Source of the DNA: Minisyncoccia bacterium | GTDB lineage: Bacteria > Patescibacteriota > Minisyncoccia > Phycocordibacterales > Phycocordibacteraceae | DNA length: 64,000 nucleotides | NCBI GenBank assembly: GCA_038228545.1 | Contig: JBBRPE010000002.1 | Coordinates: 22,426 to 86,425 of the forward strand | Reading direction: 5' to 3' | Shown here: positions 29,061 to 35,941 of the stretch, one piece after another | Numbering within the stretch: position 1 is the stretch's first letter | Layout of the letters: each line of letters starts with the position of its first letter | Notes under the pieces: generated by a model | What the model saw: the letters and a program-made list of their open reading frames with translations, nothing else | Told to the model about the DNA's origin: nothing | The model's database searches: none | Program-made: the position numbers and the translations under genes

Positions 29061-29279
29061 ATTGAAGTACAACCCTCCGCGTTCACCTAGAGGACGGATC
29101 CCGAGGAAACGCAGCAACGGTCCGAAACGACCGGTAAGTAGCAGGTCGCGCTCGAAGCGCCGGCGACGCTCGCGCATGAAGTCGGCGAGTGCCGTCATGC
29201 CATCGAGACGGGCTGCCAGTTCCATTTCATGGGCGACCTTGATGCGGAAGCGGGCGCGCTTGATTTCATTATTCATCAT
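29046..29279 (-). CDS. small ORF A (77 aa, Arg-rich), hypothetical; preceded by hairpin motif copy 1 and AAGGGA SD
   Basis: ORF + RBS + conserved leader motif. Confidence 0.45.
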   Translation of the reverse strand: MMNNEIKRARFRIKVAHEMELAARLDGMTALADFMRERRRRFERDLLLTGRFGPLLRFLGIRPLGERGGLYFNKRGL

Positions 29280-29284
29280 GTGAC

Positions 29285-29476
29285 CTATTCCCTTTCAGCC
29301 AAGGAACCATTTCCCGGGCTGAATAGAGAGAGCAAATCGTACTTGGTGTCGTACTTGCCCTGTTTGAGTTGTGCACGAGTCACCACTCGGTTTCGTTTCT
29401 TGGTCTTATCCGCGACGACCCGCGGACGCAGGTGCGGGCTCCGTAGAGCCTTCGCAATCGGATTACGTCGTTTCAT
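29285..29476 (-). CDS. small ORF B (63 aa, very basic: MKRRNPIAKALRSPHLRPR...), hypothetical nucleic-acid-binding-like; 3' end encodes hairpin motif copy 1
   Basis: AGGGAGAA SD 5 nt before ATG; overlaps ORF C by 14 nt (coupled). Confidence 0.4.
   Translation of the reverse strand: MKRRNPIAKALRSPHLRPRVVADKTKKRNRVVTRAQLKQGKYDTKYDLLSLFSPGNGSLAERE
29295..29322 (-). promoter_or_regulatory. leader hairpin motif copy 1 (minus-strand RNA: UUCAGCC-CGGGAAAUGGUUCCUU-GGCUGAA)
   Basis: Outer stem TCAGCC/GGCTGA + inner palindrome GGAA-ATGG-TTCC, ~15 nt before SD of ORF A. Confidence 0.55.
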
Positions 29477-29789
29477 TAGGTTCTCCCTGTTTGTGTCGTG
29501 CCTGGATGAAGTTCAAGAAGTCTTTCAGCTCGACTCGAGCCAGGTTTGCCTCGTCACGAATGTCTTTGGGGACATTCCGGAACCAGGTCGCGCGACGGTC
29601 GCCGACCCGCATGGCGACTGCCTTGAGCCTCGCCTCCATCTCCTGGAACTTCACCGAATCCGTGAGCGGGCTGTGCGAATCCTTGGCGTAGATGGCAACG
29701 AGCACGAGGTCCCCACTGATCTTCGCAGCACGCGCGAGGTCAAAGACCACCGCAACCGTCGTGACTTTATTTCCGTAGAAATCGTTCAT
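29463..29789 (-). CDS. small ORF C (108 aa), hypothetical
   Basis: AGGAGA SD; hairpin motif copy 2 just upstream. Confidence 0.5.
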   Translation of the reverse strand: MNDFYGNKVTTVAVVFDLARAAKISGDLVLVAIYAKDSHSPLTDSVKFQEMEARLKAVAMRVGDRRATWFRNVPKDIRDEANLARVELKDFLNFIQARHKQGEPNETT

Positions 29790-29809
29790 TACATTCTCCT
29801 AAACCTCTG

Positions 29810-29836
29810 TCAGCCAACGAACCATTCGTGGGCTGA
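29810..29836 (-). promoter_or_regulatory. leader hairpin motif copy 2 (TCAGCC-CACGAATGGTTCGTT-GGCTGA)
   Basis: Same outer stem; inner palindrome changed to CGAA-TGG-TTCG (compensatory). Confidence 0.55.
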
Positions 29837-29909
29837 ATAAAGTGGAGGACCGAAATCCTCCGAGTTTACAGATTCTGTTGCCAGGCTCTGCGAGCCCCGT
29901 CCGCCATCC

Positions 29910-30269
29910 CTAGGCCGCAGCGATGAATCGCGTTACCGCGATGACGTGACCATCCTTATCTCGAATGGATCCGTCCATCGGCCCCGTTCCCGGAGCGATG
30001 ACATCGGGGCGTCCCGACACGTGTCCGAGCACAAGGCTCGAAACAATGAAGAACGTATCCGGGATGGGCTCCGGAAGGTTCTCCACCACCCCCCAGACGG
30101 GCGACGCGTGAATCGGGATGCCGCCGTGTTCGGCACAGCCAGTGGCGATTTGCTCGCCAGGAGTGCTTGAGACTCGGACCACCGTCCCGCAGGGCGGGAC
30201 GGTGACATCTTCATTATCCAGCTTGCGGAACGTGATCGGATGCGGAGTGAGATTGCGCCAGTAGCTCAT
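29910..30269 (-). CDS. small ORF D (119 aa), hypothetical
   Basis: Start trimmed to MSYWRN (AAGGGG SD); hairpin motif copy 3 just upstream. Confidence 0.45.
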   Translation of the reverse strand: MSYWRNLTPHPITFRKLDNEDVTVPPCGTVVRVSSTPGEQIATGCAEHGGIPIHASPVWGVVENLPEPIPDTFFIVSSLVLGHVSGRPDVIAPGTGPMDGSIRDKDGHVIAVTRFIAAA

Positions 30270-30290
30270 ATTCAGTACCCCTTGTGCTTT

Positions 30291-30319
30291 TTGAGTCCAC
30301 GAACCATTCATGGACTCAA
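30291..30319 (-). promoter_or_regulatory. leader hairpin motif copy 3 (TTGAGTCCA-TGAATGGTTCG-TGGACTCAA)
   Basis: Outer stem fully replaced (GAGTCC/GGACTC) but still base-pairs; loop GAATGGTTCG conserved. Confidence 0.55.
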
Positions 30320-30604
30320 TGAAGCGGTGGACTTGAGAGGTCCACCGGAGGTGCCGGCCTTTTTGAGGCCGGCCTCCTGGAACTTTTCAGCCCAGAAGTT
30401 TTGCGCGTCACGTTCGCGACGCTCTTTGGCCCACTGCTCGCGCAGAGCCGGCGAGGGGTAAACCTTGGCGGTCACTCCTTCCGGCGCCTGCTCGCAGACG
30501 CGGGTACCGCACGGCTTGTGAGTCGTGAAGTGGTTGCTCCCGACCTGGAGCATCCATTGCGCGCCTGCGCGACGGCAGACGGTGCAGGTAATGATGTCGG
30601 TCAT
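30308..30604 (-). CDS. small ORF E (98 aa), Cys-rich zinc-ribbon-like (CTVCRR...CGTRVC)
   Basis: Start trimmed to MTDIITCTVC (GAAGGAAA SD); hairpin motif copy 4 upstream; 3' end contains two additional strong hairpins. Confidence 0.45.
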   Translation of the reverse strand: MTDIITCTVCRRAGAQWMLQVGSNHFTTHKPCGTRVCEQAPEGVTAKVYPSPALREQWAKERRERDAQNFWAEKFQEAGLKKAGTSGGPLKSTASLSP

Positions 30605-30621
30605 GAGAGTTTCCTTCTCTA

Positions 30622-30649
30622 TCAGCCAAGGAACCATTTCCCGGGCTGA
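30622..30649 (-). promoter_or_regulatory. leader hairpin motif copy 4 (identical core to copy 1)
   Basis: TTTATTCAGCCCGGGAAATGGTTCCTTGGCTGA, 20 nt before SD of ORF E. Confidence 0.55.
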
Positions 30650-30779
30650 ATAAAGGAGCTGACGTATTTGTCAGCTCTTGGTGCGAATTTGTGGCAATCG
30701 CGGCCTCCCTGCTTTTTCGCTCTAAGGAAATTGTGAGCAACCTGTGGAATGACCCCGCCACAGGACAAGGGGTGAATGG

Positions 30780-30947
30780 CTACACGCGCCAGCCGGGCTT
30801 ACCGCCGGAGGGCGTGGAGATCAGGCGGGCTTCAAACCCGCACTGACCCCCATCAACCTCCCGGCGCAAGCGGCCGGCGGGCGTGTAGCCCTTGCTCTGG
30901 AGGAGCAAGGTTGCGGCCTTCACCAGCTCGCGTTGACGGTCGGTCAT
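30780..30947 (-). CDS. small ORF F (55 aa, MTDRQRELVKAATLLL...), hypothetical
   Basis: GGGAGA SD 6 nt upstream; degenerate AGCCC-N-GGGCT hairpin upstream. Confidence 0.35.
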   Translation of the reverse strand: MTDRQRELVKAATLLLQSKGYTPAGRLRREVDGGQCGFEARLISTPSGGKPGWRV

Positions 30948-31346
30948 GACGTTTCTCCCAAAGCCCGGGATGGGCTCTTTTTTGATTCTTAAAGAACTGT
31001 CTGGAAACGTACGAGGTGCGCACCCTCGCTTACCCGTTTCCTTGTATGCACTCGTCCTGGTTTTACCGAACTTCGTCAAAACTTGACGTAAGTACCAGAT
31101 ACGATGCACATGGCGCGACGGACACCACCCCTCTTCCCCATCGGGGACTGGCCCGAGAGCAGGCTTCATTTTTTGGGAATTGCTTTCGCAATCCCTCTCC
31201 CAAGCGGAAACGGGCCGCAGGTACGGCATTAAGTGCGCCGGATGAATCCTGCTGAGTCCCCTTCCCGTTCAGGGAGGAATCACGAATTAACTTTTCACTA
31301 TGGAAATCTTTCAATGACCCTTGCCGTCAATGACGACTGACAAAAG

Positions 31347-31375
31347 CTGTATACACCCGTTCTCTTTTTTTGTCA
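31347..31375 (-). promoter_or_regulatory. candidate sigma-70 promoter for small-gene array (minus strand: TTGACA-17 nt-TATACA)
   Basis: Consensus -35, 17-nt spacer, 5/6 -10; points toward ORFs F-A. Confidence 0.4.
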
Positions 31376-31382
31376 AGACATT

Positions 31383-31468
31383 CTGACTTATTTAGTCAAT
31401 TTATAACAAAAATGCCTATAAAATAGGCTATTTTACTAGTATTAAACGACATTATCAGCTGACTAAAT
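31383..31468. promoter_or_regulatory. operator-like repeat set between divergent promoters: TGACT-TATTT-AGTCA inverted repeat (31383-31397), palindrome GCCTATAAAATAGGC (31413-31427), TGACTAAAT (31460-31468); further CTGAC(T) copies at 31336 and 31503
   Basis: Repeats read directly in ~70% AT spacer. Confidence 0.4.
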
Positions 31469-31489
31469 TTGAATTCGTGACAATAAACA

Positions 31490-31518
31490 TTGACAAATCT
31501 TTCTGACTTTGCTACGAT
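31490..31518 (+). promoter_or_regulatory. candidate sigma-70 promoter (TTGACA-17 nt-TACGAT) driving noncoding transcript
   Basis: Perfect -35, 17-nt spacer, 4/6 -10. Confidence 0.45.
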
Positions 31519-31524
31519 ATGACG

Positions 31525-31778
31525 GTCTGGCTAGCCCCTTTGGGACTGCCTAATTCATTGGAGGAATCCATGAGAATGCGGCTTCATTGAGGTCGTCAGT
31601 CGGACGACCGCCCGGGTGTAACCGGGCAAAAAAGTAGGAAAGGTCATTCATGACCAGAATTTTCTCTCCAGGCGACGGCGAGTAGCCGACCGAAGTGCCT
31701 GTCTTGCGACGTAAGATGACGTCGCGACGAAGCAACCAGTACCGGGGCCGGGGACACAACGTCTCCGGCCCTTTTTTA
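31525..31778 (+). ncRNA. candidate ~255-nt noncoding or leader RNA bounded by promoter and intrinsic terminator; contains two SD-preceded micro-ORFs (MRMRLH, MTRIFSPGDGE) and several internal hairpins; antisense partner region of TrmB-like gene 3' end
   Basis: Promoter 31490-31518, terminator 31745-31778, no plausible protein gene between. Confidence 0.35.
31745..31778 (+). terminator. intrinsic terminator GGGCCGGGGAC-ACAAC-GTCTCCGGCCC + TTTTTT
   Basis: 11-bp GC-rich stem + U6. Confidence 0.65.
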
Positions 31779-32537
31779 CGCCTCTTTTTTCTTAGGCTCT
31801 TCGGAGTTGAGCCACAAGAAGTCAAAAATACTTCGCATATTCTCGGCTATCTCCTCACTTTCTATAATGACGCCGAATGGTTCATTACTGTATGAACGAA
31901 TTACCGTTTTGTTATCGAAAATCGACAAATCGATGCTTAGAGCGAGCACATCCGGCGCGATGAATCGTCGTTCGGTGAGAGCATCGAACTCAACTCGCTC
32001 GAAATGAGGTTTATGGAGTTGGATACCTTTTGAATACACACCCTTACCCCTCCGTCGCTCCGAGTATTCATCGAGCTCTTTTTCTGAAAAAAGATTTGCG
32101 AGATGCTCGTATGAAAAGATGGTGTAAATTTTCTTAGACTTGGTCATGAGGGCCTCCTCCCTTGTCGCTGACACACCCTCCTTTCCCGGAAAAAAACGAA
32201 CAACGGGACGTTCTCCTGCCCCTTCAAACTGAAGGAGTAGCGCTGGAAGCAAAGTTTGCAACAAACTCTCATTCGTTCGTAAATTTTCTTTTTGCTTTTC
32301 GAGTACTCGCTTAAGAGCCTCCGGGGACTCCGGCGCGAAATACGTTTTCTTCCCCTCCTCATACGTACTCATCAGTCCTTTTTCCATAAGGGACTTTATC
32401 TGTACGTACGTCGTGGGACGTACTATCTTCGCGTGTTTAGCGAGCTGGTCGGCGGTCGCGCGACCGATTTCAATTGATGCAAGATACACTCGGGCCTCTT
32501 TTTCAGATAGACCAAAATCCTGAAGTTCTTTTAGCAT
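31776..32537 (-). CDS. TrmB-family transcriptional regulator (N-terminal wHTH + C-terminal effector-like domain)
   Basis: MLKELQDFGLSEKEARVYLASIEIGRATADQLAKHAKIVRPTTYVQIKSLMEKGL matches TrmB HTH pattern; start trimmed to MLKELQ. Confidence 0.7.
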   Translation of the reverse strand: MLKELQDFGLSEKEARVYLASIEIGRATADQLAKHAKIVRPTTYVQIKSLMEKGLMSTYEEGKKTYFAPESPEALKRVLEKQKENLRTNESLLQTLLPALLLQFEGAGERPVVRFFPGKEGVSATREEALMTKSKKIYTIFSYEHLANLFSEKELDEYSERRRGKGVYSKGIQLHKPHFERVEFDALTERRFIAPDVLALSIDLSIFDNKTVIRSYSNEPFGVIIESEEIAENMRSIFDFLWLNSEEPKKKEA

Positions 32538-32557
32538 GTACACAGAATAGCATTCGG

Positions 32558-32710
32558 TGGTGCGGGATAGGAGAAGTGTCCAGCGAAGACGCAGGCACGC
32601 ATCGGTCACAGATATTTTCCTGCTGGAAAATTCCGCGACCCCGCCTCAGCGCCGACGCGCTTCCGGCTTCCGATTCTCCTATCCCAGCCATTACACACGC
32701 TTCGCGTGTT
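32558..32710. repeat. tRNA-linked conserved element, copy 1 (downstream of tRNA-Gly-UCC on minus strand): partial direct copy of the tRNA 3' end (32558-32574), ~70-nt conserved core (32595-32666), inverted copy of the tRNA T-loop/3' end (32667-32685), hairpin ACACGC-TTC-GCGTGT (32694-32708)
   Basis: Compared by eye with copies at 34905-35250 and 35942-36154; core about 90% identical to copy 3. Confidence 0.55.
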
Positions 32711-32715
32711 ACATG

Positions 32716-32786
32716 TGCGGGATAGGAGAATCGGACTCCTGCTCTCAGTTTGGAAAACTGATGTTCTACCATTAAACTAATCCCGC
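32716..32786 (-). tRNA. tRNA-Gly (anticodon UCC)
   Basis: Manual fold: GCGGGAT/ATCCCGC acceptor, D-arm GTTT-AATGGTA-GAAC, anticodon loop TTTCCAA, T-arm AGGAG-TCCGATT-CTCCT, discriminator A; no encoded CCA. Confidence 0.8.
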
Positions 32787-32854
32787 TGTAGGCCAGAGAA
32801 TACCATATCTTGGCCCTCTCTGTCTTTTTTCGAGCTTCACGGTAGCATTGCCGT

Positions 32855-34072
32855 ATGCGCGAGCACATTGAACATCTCCTGGCCGCCCTCGGTGCCGTCG
32901 GCTTCGCACTTTTCGTTTCCTATTTCAATACGGGCCCCGTACACGTCGCTCCCCTTGAGCGTACGACGCCAACACTAGTGCCTATTTCGCCTGGTGCAGC
33001 AACATACGCGGTGAACACATTCCCATCACTCGCTCTTTCCACATCAACGATTGACCAGATGTTTCCGTCTGGTACTTCTGCACCGAGCGAAAAGAAAACC
33101 AAAACGCCAGCACCGGTAGCTACTCCGGCACCTGTCCCTGTAAAACCTGCCGCTCCGGTGGTTAGCGTAAAACCTAAGCCTGTTCCTAGTGTTGCCACAC
33201 CTACGGTCGCTACGACGACCACTCCCCCAGTAACCTCACCAGTCCTATCCGGACTCGGTAGTGCAGTGGTCAATATTCTATGTACGTCTCGAACAGGAAC
33301 GACACAAGGTCTGTCTGGCTCAGGTACAATCATCGACTCACGCGGCGTAATACTCACTGTTGCTCACGTCGCGCAAGCAGAGCTCCTTGAGCAGGCGTAC
33401 GGACCGGAAACGATGTCGTGTGTTGTTCGTACGGGAAGTCCGGCACACACCGCATACAAAGCAAAAGTTATGTACCTTTCAGAAAATTGGCTAAGAAATA
33501 ATTCAACGACACTGATTAGCTCACACCCGACAGGAAACGGTTCAGATGATTTTGCCCTTCTGGCGATTACTGCATCGGCAACAGGTAGGCCACTCCCTTC
33601 TTCCTTTCCTTCAGTCCCACTTGCAAACATCGTGCCAAACGCCGGTAACACCGTTCAAATTGCTGGCTACGGCGCTGAGCACCTTACCAATACACAAGTG
33701 TTTACATCGCTCACACAAACTCTTATCCAGGGCGCTGTGTCCAAAGTACACAGCTTCCGCGGCGGGACGGCAGACGCACTCTCAGTTGATGGCGGGGACT
33801 CGGCACAGGAAGGTGCGTCCGGAGGCGCAGTAGCAACTTCAAACGGCGCGCTCACCGGCGTAATTACCGGAAGCGAAATTACGAGTACCAGCAGTACCCC
33901 GCTCGTATGGGCTATAACTGTTGACTACATTCGCCGTACGTTCACCGATGCTACGGGTAAAGATTTTGATTCATTCTACCAAGGAAGCATTCCTGACCTC
34001 GTGAATAGTTACGCACCAACCGCTCAGACGCTGGGCACATTCCTCGGTAAAGCTATTGGGCTACAGAGTTAA
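32855..34072 (+). CDS. membrane-anchored trypsin-like serine protease with Pro/Thr-rich linker
   Basis: N-terminal TM; His (TVAHV), Asp (DFALLAI), Ser (GASGGAV) triad contexts. Confidence 0.65.
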   Translation: MREHIEHLLAALGAVGFALFVSYFNTGPVHVAPLERTTPTLVPISPGAATYAVNTFPSLALSTSTIDQMFPSGTSAPSEKKTKTPAPVATPAPVPVKPAAPVVSVKPKPVPSVATPTVATTTTPPVTSPVLSGLGSAVVNILCTSRTGTTQGLSGSGTIIDSRGVILTVAHVAQAELLEQAYGPETMSCVVRTGSPAHTAYKAKVMYLSENWLRNNSTTLISSHPTGNGSDDFALLAITASATGRPLPSSFPSVPLANIVPNAGNTVQIAGYGAEHLTNTQVFTSLTQTLIQGAVSKVHSFRGGTADALSVDGGDSAQEGASGGAVATSNGALTGVITGSEITSTSSTPLVWAITVDYIRRTFTDATGKDFDSFYQGSIPDLVNSYAPTAQTLGTFLGKAIGLQS

Positions 34073-34834
34073 CTCGGCTGCAATCAAGCAATGGTCTGAG
34101 CCATGTCGCTCGGTCTCGACTGAAACACCTTCCACGACAACATCAGCGGACACCAAGATGTGATCGAGTTGGGAACGCGAGAACGGATGTGTTGTAAGCG
34201 AACGGAGCGGATTCTTCATACCGGCCTCGGCAAACTTTTCCTCGATAATATCTCGCTCGGGATACCAAGGCATCGCTTCGGTAAGCGTAGAGCCGAGTAG
34301 CCAATTCAGAACCTTAAGCGGCGGGTATTCAATAATATTAAAATCTCCGCATACAACTGAAGGTACGCCCGGCTGCATGTGCCCCACGACTGCATCGAAT
34401 TCTTTCTGTCTGTTCCCGGGCCCCCACAGCGTGAAGTGAACTGAGAAAATGCGCACGACTTCAGTTCCTCTTCGTATATCTGCGTACACGGCACCGCGTT
34501 CAGTAACGAATGACCACTTGAAAAGAGACATGAACGTTACGAATGCACGAGTATGCGCAGGAAACGGAAAATCGAGAAACTGAAGCGTGCCGGTATGTTC
34601 AAATGGAATCTTCGAAAGTAATGCAACGTAGTTATATTCGCTTCTGCCTTTTCCAAAAAGTCTGAGGACATCAACATGATACGTAAGATGAAACGGCATC
34701 TTCTTAAGTTCTTCGAGAAGCGCAGGTGTTACCTCCTGAAGACACAACACGTCAAAATCTGCCTCGCGAATATACTTCGCAACCTGCGACATCTTCTTAT
34801 TGAAACAGTACACGTTCCAAGACTTGATAATCAT
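34061..34834 (-). CDS. endonuclease/exonuclease/phosphatase (EEP) family protein
   Basis: NVYCFN..., LCLQEV, GDFN, SDHCLI motifs. Confidence 0.75.
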   Translation of the reverse strand: MIIKSWNVYCFNKKMSQVAKYIREADFDVLCLQEVTPALLEELKKMPFHLTYHVDVLRLFGKGRSEYNYVALLSKIPFEHTGTLQFLDFPFPAHTRAFVTFMSLFKWSFVTERGAVYADIRRGTEVVRIFSVHFTLWGPGNRQKEFDAVVGHMQPGVPSVVCGDFNIIEYPPLKVLNWLLGSTLTEAMPWYPERDIIEEKFAEAGMKNPLRSLTTHPFSRSQLDHILVSADVVVEGVSVETERHGSDHCLIAAELTL

Positions 34835-34904
34835 TTCGGAAGTATACGGGTCGATGATGAAGACTTGAAATACGACACTTAGTTAGAAGCCCCATCGTCC
34901 GGAT

Positions 34905-35250
34905 GGCTCCTATTTTTTGCAAATCATTGTCGGGGTGCGCGCCATTGTTTCGTTGCGAGTGTAACGAGTTAGGAAACAACTAGTGCCTTAGGGGTGGAGA
35001 TTGAACTCCGTCATCCGGATGTCTCCCAGACATCCGATTACATGCTGATTCTTTTCTGCAAATCATTGTCGGGGTGCGGAGAAGCTTCGCGCATTGGTCA
35101 CGCATCACTAAGTCGTTTCGCTCCTAAGTAGCGCGACCCCGTCTCGCCGTTTTCGGGAGGACCCGAAAACATGCTCCGGCTTTCAATTCTCCGGAGCAGG
35201 CCAGAGCAGTCTGGCCTGCTCACCACTCCTTCACTCACTTCGTTCATTCA
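34905..35250. repeat. tRNA-Pro trailer repeats: two direct copies of TGCAAATCATTGTCGGGGTGCG (34913-34940, 35058-35085; antisense of tRNA-Pro acceptor 3' strand + trailer), a partial tRNA-Pro 3'-half copy (34990-35022), and a family-type core (35095-35250) with hairpin TTTTCGGG-AGGA-CCCGAAAA and inverted T-arm copy TTCAATTCTCCGGAG
   Basis: Direct sequence comparison with tRNA-Pro gene at 35252-35322 and with Gly-linked elements. Confidence 0.5.
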
Positions 35251-35251
35251 G

Positions 35252-35322
35252 TCGGGGTGCGGAGAATTGAACTCCGTCATCTACTTCCCAAAAGTAGCGT
35301 ACTACCGGTATACGACACCCCG
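35252..35322 (-). tRNA. tRNA-Pro (anticodon UGG)
   Basis: Manual fold: CGGGGTG/CACCCCG acceptor, anticodon stem CTACT/AGTAG loop TTTGGGA (G37), T-arm CGGAG-TTCAATT-CTCCG, discriminator A; no CCA. Confidence 0.7.
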
Positions 35323-35376
35323 TTACGTCTTGTGGGCGTTCCTTGCGGAAACGCCCGTCAGAGCATCCTAGCAGAT

Positions 35377-35772
35377 TTATAGAATTTGGGGGAGATAGCG
35401 TACTCGGGCCTTCCCATCCCTCGTTCGTAGCCACACCAGGACCGCATCCACCTGCCACTCCCCTTCCCAGTCTGTGTTGGCCACATACCACTCGCTTGTA
35501 CGAGCCACTCGCCTAATCTTCGCCTCATGAAGGTTTACAGACGGGTCATAGCGGTCGTTGTTGTCAGCGTCATCAGGAAACTGCACGCAAAGTATTGATT
35601 TAACCTCGACGAAATGAAGGCAATCTCGTTTTCGAGCGACAATATCAATCTCACCCGTCTTACGTGCGACATTCTTCGCGACTATTTTCATTCCCTGTCG
35701 TCGCAGGTATTCGGCAGCAACTTTTTCGCCTAGATTTCCGATGTCCTTTGTTGAAAAAAGGGAGAGGTCCAC
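35377..35772 (-). CDS. YraN-family (UPF0102) endonuclease-like protein
   Basis: AAEYLRRQGMKIVAKNVARKTGEIDIVARKRDCLHFVEVKS matches UPF0102 core. Confidence 0.75.
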   Translation of the reverse strand: MDLSLFSTKDIGNLGEKVAAEYLRRQGMKIVAKNVARKTGEIDIVARKRDCLHFVEVKSILCVQFPDDADNNDRYDPSVNLHEAKIRRVARTSEWYVANTDWEGEWQVDAVLVWLRTRDGKARVRYLPQIL

Positions 35773-35941
35773 GGCTTTAAAGTATAGCTCCGAAATACAC
35801 TCTTTCTCACCGACATTAATGAAAACTACCTAAAGGTCGCCTGTCCTTTATCCCCAGTGTTAACAGGTTTGTCCACTGTTTGAAAATACAAAATGGCCTA
35901 GATACAACGTTTTGTATTTTCACTTTTCTGCATGAGTGTAT

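Noticed and set aside
29295-30649. Four ~28-nt near-identical palindromic repeats could be read as a CRISPR array
   Set aside because: Spacing is 340-510 nt, not 25-50 nt. The repeats are not identical and differ by compensatory stem changes. Each is positioned at a fixed distance from a start codon. No cas genes are present.
30408-30761. 117-aa minus-strand ORF spanning leader motif copy 4
   Set aside because: Its only conserved feature is the translated hairpin (LFSPGNGSLADRE), identical to the tail of ORF B. It overlaps ORF E's start and leader. It is a spurious read-through frame.
31063-31314. TTG-initiated 83-aa ORF between ORF F and the AT-rich hub
   Set aside because: It has a non-ATG start, a low-complexity product, and overlaps the likely 5' UTR of the small-gene operon. 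It is not excluded but too weak to call.
31695-31895. 66-aa plus-strand ORF spanning the 31745-31778 terminator
   Set aside because: It reads straight through a strong intrinsic terminator and lies antisense to the TrmB-like gene. It is most likely spurious.
32557-32775. ORFs 32557-32775(+) and 35944-36384(+) translate the conserved tRNA-linked core into similar peptides (HASVTDIFLLENSATPPQRRRASGFRFS vs HASVTDISLLGNSATPPRRRRACGFRLS), suggesting a conserved small protein
   Set aside because: Nucleotide differences between copies fall mostly at second codon positions (non-synonymous). Two of them are a compensatory pair in a hairpin. The ORFs have no SD or start context and run into the tRNA genes. 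This behaves as RNA/DNA-level conservation, not coding.
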